Under the pieces are notes generated by a model. It was given only the letters and a program-made list of their open reading frames with translations, made no database searches and was not told the origin of the DNA. From Dipteris shenzhenensis (lineage: Eukaryota): 64,000 nt of DNA. The translations under genes were made by a program, and so were the position numbers. The DNA is taken from assembly GCA_047967505.1 (NCBI GenBank), contig CM106538.1. One strand, 5' to 3'. Of this stretch, positions 1 through 11,363 are shown piece by piece (positions within the stretch are counted from its first letter, which is position 1; every line of letters begins with the position of its first letter).

Positions 1-2149
1 TCATTCAGCAAAAACTGGCGTTTGTACCGGAAGGATGCAAAAGAAAAGCGCAGATAAGAAAGGTCTTCACCGAAAAAACTTAGCGATGCAAAAAATCAAG
101 CAAAACGTACATTATACCACCGGAAAAACTGTGAAAAATGGATTGAACGGCGACGTTCGAAACATTGCCTCGATCAGAAATAAATTATTGAAATTTGAAA
201 CCACAGAAGCCAAATTTATATGGAGAAAGGTAAGCAACATGGAGTCGATCTCAGAATTGGAAACAGATCCTGTGTTCTAGTTTATCAAGCACTAAATAAA
301 TCGAAGGAGCGTTTTGCAGATCAGTCATATGTTGCTCCCGAAGACAGAATGGCACCTGATAAACGCCGATCGCCGATTGTCAAATCATTCCTCCAAGCAA
401 TGACTTATGAACGTGATTAGTTCGGCCTCGAAAATCGCGATCAGAATCGAAGATAAGGATGCCGCAATTTGCAAGGATCGGATGAACCGGTTGAGAAGCA
501 GCAAAATCAAAGAACTTGCAAGCGAAGAAATGCGAATCAATGGAAGGGACGATCGGAAGGAAATGCAGAGGGAATCCCTTGGAGCAGGGGAATGCCAAGG
601 AGCACAAACGAAAGCAATGAAAAGAGTTTGGGAATCCAATGGAGCCATGCACTCATATCCATCTCCATGACAAGTCTTCTCCACCATGTCATGCTCCTTC
701 AACAATGATCCTCAGGGTGGGTTCACACCCACCCGCCCTGACTCTACATTTTGCTCGTCCTACATGGTCCAATAGGCGACCCAGGAGAAATTAAGATGAC
801 CAGGCTAAGAGGGTTGCCCAAGATGCTGCGCAGGCACAGAGAGAGGGCACGAAACGTATTGATGGGGGTTGAATCCTTGGCATCTTCTGGACATGCAAAA
901 TCCTTGTAGATATTGAGCCAATCATTCTTTGATACGGTAGCCTTTACTTAAACCATTACCTCTAGGTGGTGTGAACTACCCCATCTTCCTTTCTGGCGTC
1001 GGGGTGGGTGGTCTAAACCTGGCCTAAGATCACCAACACCTTCAGAATCCATAGCTCTCTCTTTCGCTGGCCTCGTCGTCACTATGATGACATAGGCCAT
1101 CTTCCCTTAGTAATGCTCTCGATTGTCGCCACCACTCTTGAAAGGACCTGCCTCGTGGGTCAGGTTGAGACAAATTGGCAGGATTGGGACGTCCCCATCT
1201 CATTGTTGAAACAGACTAGCAAGGTCATTAGAAATACTGATTTATTGCTCCTTGAGCCCTCAACATACACTAGTACCGATCATTGAGGTAACAACTCAAT
1301 GATGTGTGTTACGAGTACAGATCACTAGAATTTTTATTTAGGATGTGTGTGGGCCTATGGTCATCGATTTCACATTAAGAGGGTTGATCAGTGACGAATT
1401 ACCACAATGGACACTGTCTTGCTGCATCATTTCAACAACAAAGTTGTGCAAGGGTGGGGAAAAAGAATGTAGTAGGCTATGAGATAAATTATTATTGGAG
1501 TATTAGCTGAAGTGAACTATAGGATTTTCAAGATAAATTATACTGGAGTATTGGAGATAAATTATATTAGACTATTGAATTAAAAAGCTGAAGTGAACTA
1601 TAGGCTTTTCAAGATTGTTCTACTTAAATCACGAGATGATTCCAAGTGACTACAGGGATTCTTCAAAAGTTCTTTGCTCATCTGATGAACCATTTGGGTT
1701 GCCTAAGCATTGGTAGTAAGAATTTTTCCACAAGAATGCAAGTGATGAGAAATGGCTACATCTGATGCATGTAAATCCTCAATGGAGACCTATTTTTTAA
1801 ACTACAGATGTGGATGCTCATCTGTAACAAAACAAGGGGGAGATCACAAAAGTGAGGATGAGGTAGACAAGAATGATTAAATAATGACAAAGAAAATAAT
1901 ATATAAGGTGATGATGATTTTGATATTGAGGGTGTGATAAAATTATTGATGAGAGTGAAAAAGTGATGGTGTCTCAAATTATAACTTTAAAGAATTGAAA
2001 ATCTTGAAATGTAACTCCATGAAGTTGAGGATGTTTGACTCAGATGTAATATATTAATTTGACATTTTATTACATTTTACTTATAATGTAGATGGGATAT
2101 ATTTTCATTTGTTGAAGGGTAAGAATTTGTGTCTTATACTGATCTTAAG

Positions 2150-2320
2150 GGATCATCCATTCTTTTGCCATGGTGGCTGCTACCATTTCGATTAGTGGAA
2201 TCAAATTGTCCACCACCATCTTCTTGATAGTAACAAATGATTGTGCATCCTTCTCTTCCCACTTGATCATCTCTTCATCCTGATCATAGTCTGCTTCAAG
2301 GATCTGCTTCTTTTGTATAT
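2150..2320 (-). pseudogene. Small copia gag N-terminal fragment
   Basis: ORF 2145..2390 contains KWEEKDAQSFVTIKKMVVDNLIPLIEMVAATMAKEW, resembling the W..KD..A...I...V.D......TAKE.W pattern of copia gag; compare EWDKKDKYAYHLIKQNVQD...TLKEAW in copia D of this window. Confidence 0.45.
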
Positions 2321-2899
2321 GGGAAGTACAGCTACAAGAACAAATAGCATGTTCTACTCTCAAGAAAAAACTTGCAGATTTTAAAATCAAGATTAAAAAT
2401 ATATTGATATAAAAGAAAGGTCACAAAAGGTAATTACAATACCGATTGATGACGATACAAAATTGTTGAAAGAGACTTGGTCCCTCTAACTAAGAAATTG
2501 GAGAAAACAAAAAGAACCCCCCTCGAGATTACAAGCATAGGATCAAGGCTATGCAACCAATGTAGAGCTTGGGATATGGTGGTGGAGCAAGGAAGCATAG
2601 GATGCAAGCTACACAATATGTAACTTCAAGCTATTTTGTAATATTGTGAGCATCTCATACAATCATCTAATTGTGTACTTTTCTAATCTCATCATCATCT
2701 CTTTTGTAGGAATTTTATGAAGAAGGTTGTTAGAAGATAAGCATTCGAAAAACTTTATGCAATATCGAGTGTAGTGGAAAAAAGAGAATGTATTTACATT
2801 CTTAGGGATCCTCATCGGCATGCATTGCAACATGTAATATTGCAAAAGGTTGCAGTTGATTTAGGGAGCGACTCAATAGAAGTTGTACATGCATGTGAT

Positions 2900-4575
2900 A
2901 TTGCTAGCATTAGTATAAAATGATATTGAGCTATATATAATGTTTTTTTAAATGCACTTCGAGGGTAAGAATAAAGAATCCATTGTTGGTGAGACCATTA
3001 TATGCTAGAAATGCAAGAAAGAAGACCAATTTGATTGTCAAAGATCTATTAGGCGGATTTTACATATATTGGGAACCATGATGTTGGAAGGCACAAACAC
3101 AATGAAGGGCCAAGACACGAAGTGGACAAGCTACCAAGGGGAATAAGAAAATACCAAGCATCTTTGAATACAAGTAGCATAACAATGTTTTTGTGAATGT
3201 ACGCAAGGTTCAAAATTTACAACATGAAGGCATGACTAAGTGACATTTCTCTTGTTTACTCCTTAAAGGTATTTTTTAGCAATGTAAATTTATAATTTTT
3301 TAGATTATGAAGAAAATCTTGTGTTTGTTATCAAGAAGGACAGTATGACGTTGTGAAAGATCATAACCTATAGAGGGTGAGTATCAACTAATGAAGAAAG
3401 CCCTTGAACAGGCCAAAAACAAGGAGTTTCAAGAAGAATTTAATGTGGCTTACTTCTTTTGAACTTCCTAAAGAGAGACACTCCAGCTTAAAGTGCAACA
3501 TTGATAGATCTCTAATTCCGCATGCCATTGATGCCCAAACCAATGAAGAGTTGCTTCAAGTTGAAGGATTTGAATCCTTTAAAGTTGAAGGGCAGACATC
3601 AAGGGACCTTAAAACATTCAAGTGCATGTTTGGAGTTGAAAGTAGTGCAAATGCAACATACCCATGACTTTTTGGTGTGCACTCACAACAAGTTTGAGCA
3701 AGTAAAAAAACCATTATAGGAGAACATAGACGGGAATGGAAAGGGAAGCAAATAAAAAAAGGAAAAAGCAATGGAAACGGTAAAGGATGTATGAGAAATT
3801 CAAATAATGATATGGTGCATGACGATGCCAACAAACATATATAGTATGAGTGGACGAATGGAGTGATAAGCTATGATCTAGAAGTTGTGCCAAAAAAATA
3901 TGAAATTGATGAAGAAAGGGATCCAAATTTTTACATCCCATTACACAAGTTTCAATTTTGTGTGTTGCTTGCATGTTGCTTGTTTAGATGTGGTTCATTG
4001 TTGATAAGTTGATTTATTTGCACATCTTGTATGTATGGACTATGAACCCGGAAGAGAGAGTTGTATCATGTGTTACAAGGGTCAAAGGTCTTCTCTCAAG
4101 CACGAGACTACATGGAGGATGTGTGAAGCTATGTAAAGACATGCGAAACCTTCTGAGTAAAGTGTCCATGGGAGTCTCAAAGTCACGAAGGCTTTTGTCC
4201 AATCATGGCAAAAATTGATTAAATTTGCGATGGAAATTATTGGAAAGTATTATGTGAGTGTGATATGAGAAAGCCTTCCATAAATGATGAGGATGCGCAA
4301 CTATATTATGCTGCTATGAAGGAGTTCACTGAAGCCATGGTGGATGGATGGATGAATCACACATTACTCATTACATGATATGTTTAGTCATCACAATTTT
4401 TAAATTTTAATTGCAATTTGTTTTTTGAGGGGGTTAACGTCATGTCCCTTTCTTATAGATGTAGCACATTATTATGCTCAGGATCCATGGTACATTCAAT
4501 AATATGGCTCTTTGACTATTTGGAGTGGCCAAGGGATGGCGAAGCTACATTACAAAGCTCGAGGTGCACACCATG
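2900..4575 (+). mobile_element. Highly decayed DDE transposase relic, RAG1/Transib/Chapaev-like
   Basis: Broken frames give LVFVIKKD (~3320), SRDLKTFKCMFGVESSANATYP*LF (3600-3675; D..L...G......YPC..C type), and ITHYM/HY.YAQDPWYIQ*YGSLTIWSGQGMAKLHYKAR (4363-4565), which parallels RAG1 [31 protein letters not shown]. Many stops and frameshifts; no termini found. Confidence 0.45.
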
Positions 4576-5994
4576 GATGTTTTTATCAAAGCTATGCTTA
4601 TATATTAATATAAAATCTTGGCGAAAGTTTATCGAGCCTGTTTTTTTAGTTTCACAAAATTGATGGAATGTAGTAAAATTTTATATATTTTCTTTTGATT
4701 TTGAAGTAAAAAATATAAATCCTAGTGAAACTTTAAGTTTTTTTGCATAAAAGTTTCAAATCTTGGCAAATGTTTGAAACATTTATTTTTATTAGGGCAT
4801 ACAAACTTTCAAGACCAATATAAAAGTTTAGCTTCTTAACAAAACTAACTTGAAAAAATCATCCATGGTGCATACTTCAAAAGTACGTGGCATGGAGGTG
4901 GGGTTACTCAAAGTAACGCTCCTCATGACATGTTTGAGTGGTTCTACTGTGGCATAATTGGATTCTTTGATCTTGCAAATAGAGTTAGACCAAGCAGTTC
5001 ATCAAACTCAAGCAAGTAAAGTGAGGCATGCATGGAAATCTTCAGAAGCTTCCTAGAAGCACAAAGGGTAGTTAGCAAACTAGAAATTGATCGGGATAGT
5101 GCTGGATTTAAAAAAAAAACAAAGTACATTGGCGTTGTTAATCGAAACCTCATTGGAAAATTCAATCTATTTTAAAGTATTTTTCTTAGGACACCTTTGA
5201 TAATATTTTTTTAAAAAAGCATTAAACACTTTACTTGTCAACCCAACATTTCAACATCATTCTCTTTTAGATCATGCACAGTCACAATAATGTTTGTTTT
5301 AAGCAACAGGGGGGCTATAATCATCAAATGACTATAGTAAAGCTTTAAATAGAAATGTAGCTTTAAAAACAGAAAAGAAATGTATCTATATAAAACTAAA
5401 CACCACCTTCATTATATTAGTATCATCAAAGTACCTTCTAAGTTCTCCTAGAAGTACCTTCAATCCAAATAACTTCTCCTCCTTCCACCCCTAGCATTAA
5501 ATCTCTCATCTCTCCCACCCCTAGCATTAGTTGAGGATGGGAAAATGCTCAACAAAGAAAAATATAATAAGCTACTTGAAGAGCAATGAAAGAGGCATCA
5601 AGGGAGGAGGAGGCAGAAAATCAAGACAGTGACACACAAATAGATTCTTACAGAAATCAACACACAAATAACAAAGAAGAAGAAGAAGAACAACAAGCAC
5701 AAGAACAAATACGATCAGAGACTAAAGGACAATTAGAGGAAAGAGGAGGACAAGAGCTCTCATAGTTTAAACAACACTTGGAGCAAGGAACCCCTAAGAT
5801 GGAGGTAAGGGCAAAGTAGCAAGAAGAAGCAAGATGACAAAGGATTCCTGCGGCTCAAGTGGCAAGGGTGTCCTCCATCGATAAACACTACAAGTGCCGT
5901 GGAACAATCCTAGAGAATTTCCACAAGCAAGGTCAAGTGGGGGAAATCTTTGCGCAACATGAGTGCAAAATTAAGACCTACTAGAGGTGATGCA

Positions 5995-6036
5995 GGTGGA
6001 GGTGGAGGTGGAGGTGGAGGTGGAGGTGGAGGTGGA
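5995..6036. repeat. (GGTGGA)7 microsatellite immediately upstream of the H3-like fold
   Basis: Directly visible. Confidence 0.95.
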
Positions 6037-6047
6037 GAGGACATGGT

Positions 6048-6326
6048 CGAAATCCTAGAGGGAGACACCACAAGAAGCCTAGCATGAAATCCTTCTTTGA
6101 GATCAAGAAGCACCAAAAGATTGTAGAGCCTCTAATTGTGACAACTCCATTTGCCCGATCTCCATTCGCTTTGATTGGTTAAAGAGAGAATGGAAAAATT
6201 CAAGGATGGCTTGCAAATACAATCCATCACTTTTTTAGCTATGCAAGAAACATGTGAAATGGCTCTAGTTTCCCTTCTTGAGAACATAAACTTATGTGCA
6301 ATCCATGCCAAAAGGTTACTATCATG
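6048..6326 (+). pseudogene. Divergent histone H3-like pseudogene (histone fold)
   Basis: Reads RHHKKPSMKSFFEIKKHQKIVEPLIVTTPFAR / LVKERMEKFKDGLQIQSITFLAMQETCEMALVSLLENINLCAIHAKR / (V)TIM, versus H3 [48 protein letters not shown]...LFEDTNLCAIHAKRVTIM. Frameshifts come from a short duplication at ~6160-6174 and a 1-bp deletion at ~6316. Confidence 0.85.
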
Positions 6327-8113
6327 GGCTAACCCATCTTTCAAGACAAAGTGGTTCATAAATTTTGGTGGTTGGAATAATTACGGACAATAACATGCTC
6401 CAGACTATACTTCACCGTAACCCCGACCACTGTTGCCCCATCTTAGCCATGTCATACTTCTCTTCAGATCTCCAAACCACTTCCCTATCTCTTCTCTGCC
6501 CCTCCGATCTCAAGACATTATCCGCTCATCCCATCCTCCTCAATTTTCAAGCCTAGTGCCACATCATCACTGAGTCCCTTAATTATCCAACGGATGATGA
6601 AGTGATGCAAGTCGCAAAGCCCGAGGAACTCATGCCATGGGTATGCACACTCAAAATTCTGCATGCAGACATCAATTGGATGTAGACCTATGGCTGAGCC
6701 TCTGCCATCCAATCTCAAGGGCACCTTGTAGCCTACTAGTCCACAACCTACCACCCCCTCGGCATAATAATCCTCTTCAATAGGGTGCTACAGGCTCTCC
6801 AAGACTCACTTGAGTCCTTGGTGAGTAATTTTGAAACAATTCACGTAGCCTACCCTGAGGAAGTCACCGAGGAAGAGGGCAACGAAGCAATCACCCTCTT
6901 TAATACTACTCCCCCCTATCGAAATTCCACTACCCCCTCCCCTAGATCTCACCGTACCCACCCAACAAGCTGCCCACCCTCCCCTCCCCTTGACAACACT
7001 GCTCGAGTACTCCTCCAATTCCTCTAACACCACCACCACACAGCACGGGACCTCCCAGTCCATCTCCTCTAATGCTCCAATCGACCTTCCTGACACATCT
7101 TTCAACACACTAATCAAAGCAGCCAATCCATTAAAATTTTTAGCCATGCAAGAGATAGGCATAGCGAAGCCGGAGCCCATGCCAATTGCAGATGATGACG
7201 CTCTGCCATCCCCGCCAGTTTCCCCCTTGAAGATGTCCACTGGCACTTGGACTTATAGTCCTTTCAAGATCTGCCAGATTGTGTGCTAATGCATCATTGG
7301 AAGCGCCAGCTCGAGGGCTCCCACCTTCACCTCTACGAAATCCTTGAGGTGCGCCCCCTCACACAGTTCATCACACAGTCCTTTGATGACTGGCGATGCG
7401 TGCATCCAAAGTGCACGAGAGGAGGATATAACCTCGCCCCCGATGCTCTAGTCGCCATGATTGATGCATATACCGGTCTGTAGACACAATGGTGGCTCCC
7501 CTTCTTGAAGCTGGAGAAATTTTGGCGCTACTACCGTAGTGCACCCATCGATCGTCGAGTCCACCCACTCTATATGCCCATGGAATGACGATGGACTTGG
7601 GCCACATTTAGAGACCTCCAGCAGAAGGACCTAAATGTGTTGTACAACTTTCCAAAGTACAACTTCCCCAAAGAGATGACTCAGGAGGGATTCTGCTTTC
7701 GCCTCTAGTCATTCAACAACACGTACAGCTCAGTTCCCAATCCTACCATCATCGCAATGGTACATTTCAACCGCCTCCTACTCTTACTCCTCCGCGATCT
7801 CCCCGCCCACAGTCGCCCCATTGATGACTTCCTCCACACTTTGAACAACCAGATTATTGTCTTCAACCCCGACATCGGTTTGACGCAATTCGAAGACCTC
7901 TGCCTCTACCTCTTCGTCCGCAATCTTCACGGACATCACATCCGCACACATGAGGATATGCATGCCACCCATTTTTGGAAGTACTGCTCGTACCTCCCTC
8001 ACCTCACTCCACGATAGCTGGACCACTATGCAGTCCTACAGATAGTCCTCACCACGAACCTCCTCCAACGTGGCTAACCCAAGGATGGTGGATCAACAAT
8101 AGGAAAGGGGGCA

Positions 8114-9226
8114 TGTTAACATCCACAGAGTACAGTCATCGAATGCAGGGTAATCAGTGATTAGAGGTGATCAGGCCGCATGATCTACTTCAACGGACAA
8201 GCTCAGGGAGTTTACCCCCAAATACCCCAAGGCCAGTGATTGCAAAAAATGTGCACATGGAAGGAGTATCGCTCAAACTTAGGGAGTTTGATCCCCAAAT
8301 ACCCAAAGTCCACGGATTCTAGGCACAGGTTGTATGTTCCAACTAATGCCAAGACCAAAGATTGCAAGCAACGTGCACATTTCAAGTCTACATCCATGGA
8401 AATAACCACGCCAACAAAAATAGCCATGAAAGGAGTACAGCTCAAACTCAGGGAGTTTGATCCCCAAATATCCCGAAGCAAACGATTCCAGGCAATGTGC
8501 AGGATTGCCCTGGAGTGTCTTGCAGAAGTTAACCCTCGCCACCCGAGGTTTTGAGCCTCACGCATGGGATTTGAACCACAAATGGTTTAAGGCGTGAGGG
8601 AGCTTAGGGAGTTTGAGCCCCAAATCACCTAAGCCTAGGAGGCGTGAGGCTAACACAAGCGCTATTTGGGAACCAGTTAGGACCACCTCCTAAATTCAGG
8701 TTTGTCCCAAGCGCTTTTATATGGTTAACACAAGTGCTATTTTCGCTAGTAGGGAGAGATGGGAAGAATAGCAATGGCACCCTATGGGTCCAAGAGCCTT
8801 TGGTTGTAAAAGAGAAGGAGAGTGCTAAAAAGGAAAAGGGTTGGCCCTCCCTTCAAAAGGTGACTTGTATAAAAGGCCAAAGTGTTGACTTGGTCTTCAT
8901 TGTTGTTTGCACAAGTTTGAATACAAGCTCCCTCTTCTCTTTCAAGAGAGTGTTTTGGGTGTTCCCTTGTTTTCCATTGTAGTGCCCTTGTGTCTGCCAC
9001 TCTATTCCCCTTCACGCTCCTCTTCCCTTCTCCTTCCTCTTCTCTTCTCTTCCCTCTTCTCCCTCTCCTTCCCTTCTCCCCTCTTCCCCTTTCCTATTTC
9101 TCGTGTGGAGACACATTTTGCAACAATCCGGAGGCCACTCGAGTGACACTTGTGGACGAATCGTGCTATGCATTGCTTCCACAAGGAGTAGCTTAGAGTG
9201 GAGGCTCCATTGGCATATCTTCAACA
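8114..9226 (+). mobile_element. Probable 3' LTR (~1.1 kb) of a gypsy-type retroelement
   Basis: Polypurine tract AGGAAAGGGGG at 8101-8111, then TGTTAA...TCAACA ends. Four copies of CAGGGAGTTTGAxCCCCAAAT in U3 (8203-8625), TATAAAA at ~8868, then a CT-rich R/U5-like tract. No partner LTR in the window. Confidence 0.6.
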
Positions 9227-9372
9227 TCTGCACGACACGTGAGTCACCGCCGAGACCCACCACAACAACCACCGTGATGGCAAACAAAAGAAGATCTATG
9301 ACAATCATCACGCTGGTTCTTAGAGTTATATATTAGTGCACCAAGGAAAATGTATGTCCTTGTTCAACCAAG

Positions 9373-9540
9373 GAAAATGCAATTGACAATATGGCCCTTT
9401 AGGGGTCCCCTTTAGCGGCAATGGCCATATCGACATGCCACATCTATCTAGTGGCATCCAGGATATTGTATAATGCATGTTGATATGGCCCTAGCCCCTA
9501 GAGGGGACCCCTCAAGGGCCATATCATCAATTGAATTTTC
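9373..9540. repeat. Hairpin / MITE-like inverted repeat with ~66-bp arms
   Basis: Left arm GAAAATGCAATTGACAATATGGCCCTTTAGGGGTCCCC... matches the reverse complement of the right arm (GAAAATTCAATTGATGATATGGCCCTTGAGGGGTCCCC...). Confidence 0.75.
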
Positions 9541-9789
9541 TAAAAGTTTAATTGTATTTTTCTAGATGTATCTCCATGCAATCACCACGATGGGTTGTTG
9601 GAGCTATTTTAGCACTATTTTGGTCCTAAACTAAGGAAAATGTAGTCCTACGTTATTGGTACTTTAGTCCTTGTTGCAATAAATCCTAAATGAGGGAAAA
9701 AGTATTCCGAGCCACTACGATGACTGGAGGCCTAGTGGTGCCATCCATATAATCAACTACAATTCATTGAGTGAAAAATGAGCAAAAGA

Positions 9790-10225
9790 GATTACATCTC
9801 CAATAATAGATTATATAAAAAATAGCAACAATTTGTACTTAGAGCAAAAAAAAAAAAGATATTACATATATAAAAACTTAGTAATTGCTGAGAGCCTTAG
9901 AAGGCAAACAATTACATCTAGTGACCATAACTACTTAGCCATTGCTGAGTGGTTTATATAAAAATTAACAATAGTTTATACTGAGAGCCTCAAATTGAAA
10001 AAAAGAGATTACATTTGTTAAAACTCAGCAATTGTTGAGAGCCTTAGAGACCAAAATATTACATCCAGCGAGCCAAAAGATCATTGAGAGCCTTAGAGGA
10101 AAAAATATTACATCCAGCCATTGTTGAGTGGTTATGAGCCTCATTGAGCAAGAGGATATTTGTACAACTCAGTATTGCCAATTGTTGCTAATAGCAAGAG
10201 GATATTTGTACAACTCAGTATTGTC
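9790..10225. repeat. Degenerate AT-rich tandem repeats
   Basis: Recurring GAGAGCCTTAGA...AATATTACATCCAG units and a duplicated GCAAGAGGATATTTGTACAACTCAGTATTG. Confidence 0.6.
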
Positions 10226-10479
10226 GCCATCCCAACTTGCTGCATTCAATTTTTTTGGAGAGACGATGGAGACGCCAAGTATCATGCAAATTGCCAGGAA
10301 TTAGATTACGGCCCCCCCAACAAGACGAGTATTGTGCTGTGAAAATCTTGAGTGATTCATCAATGTCTCAAGGGAATCCATATAGCATAGCAATATAGAG
10401 GCAGTGTGCATGCCATCCAAGCTGGTGACATGCAGATGGGGCGGGGGGGGAATCGACCGAGGGAATGAAGAGATTCCAA

Positions 10480-10589
10480 AATCACCTTATACGAGAAGGC
10501 AAACAACAATCACCTTATACGAGAAGGCAAACACAATCACCTTATACGAGAGTGCAACACAATCACCTTATACGAGAAGGCAAACAACA
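10480..10589. repeat. Minisatellite, 4 x 26-28 bp (AATCACCTTATACGAGAAGGCAAACAAC)
   Basis: Directly visible head-to-tail copies with no unique spacers. Confidence 0.9.
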
Positions 10590-11363
10590 TTAGGATCACG
10601 TTGCATCGAGGGGTGGTAGTAGTAATAGGCACGATGAAGATGAGTGGGTGAGCAGTGGAGTGGATGAGAAGGGGAGATGATGAGTGATGAGAGTTGGAGG
10701 AGGGATCGTGCACCAAAGTAGAGCAGAGGTGGAAGAGAGCTGGAGGAGGGTGCATGGAGCAAAGTAGCGGAGAAGGGACAGATGAGAGCAACATATAAAA
10801 ATGCCAAATGCCAAGCTTTGGTCCACACACATGGCCCCCTCATCACAAAAAGAGTAAAATGCATCATCTACTCACAAAAGAAACATGCACTATTGCACAT
10901 GGAATTCTTACAACATGGCACTATATTGGCACTCTCAGACAGGGACCTAATTTATGTGTGAAATGCTAGGTTGAAGACAACCCACTAAGATGGGGAAAAG
11001 GCCTACAATGCCATTGACACAGTGACACCAAGCCAAACGGCCCAAACCTCAGCCTTGATAGCCCTCCCCAAATCACCTACCTTAAGAAGGACAGGATCTA
11101 GGATCTTCGACCCAGAGGTGACCCAGAGGTGAACACCACAACGACCACGGTTGGTGGTTCTGGATAGTGACCACATAAATCCAACATGCCAAGGAGATAT
11201 TCCATAGAACCTGAGAGCCCTTGAGTCAAGAGAAGTAGAGGCAGATCCATTGCAGGATGTAGGTGCAAGAACAGCTTGATGCCCAAGCCAAACAAAGAGC
11301 TAACAATAGAGGGAACAATACATCTTATATGGCCACGAATCTCAACATTCTCCATGTTAGTTG

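Noticed and set aside
1-1320. Overlapping short ORFs at the window start
   Set aside because: No recognisable motif; probably retroelement remnants, but I cannot support a call.
10480-10589. CRISPR-like 27-bp repeats
   Set aside because: Head-to-tail with no unique spacers, no cas genes and a eukaryotic context; it is a minisatellite.
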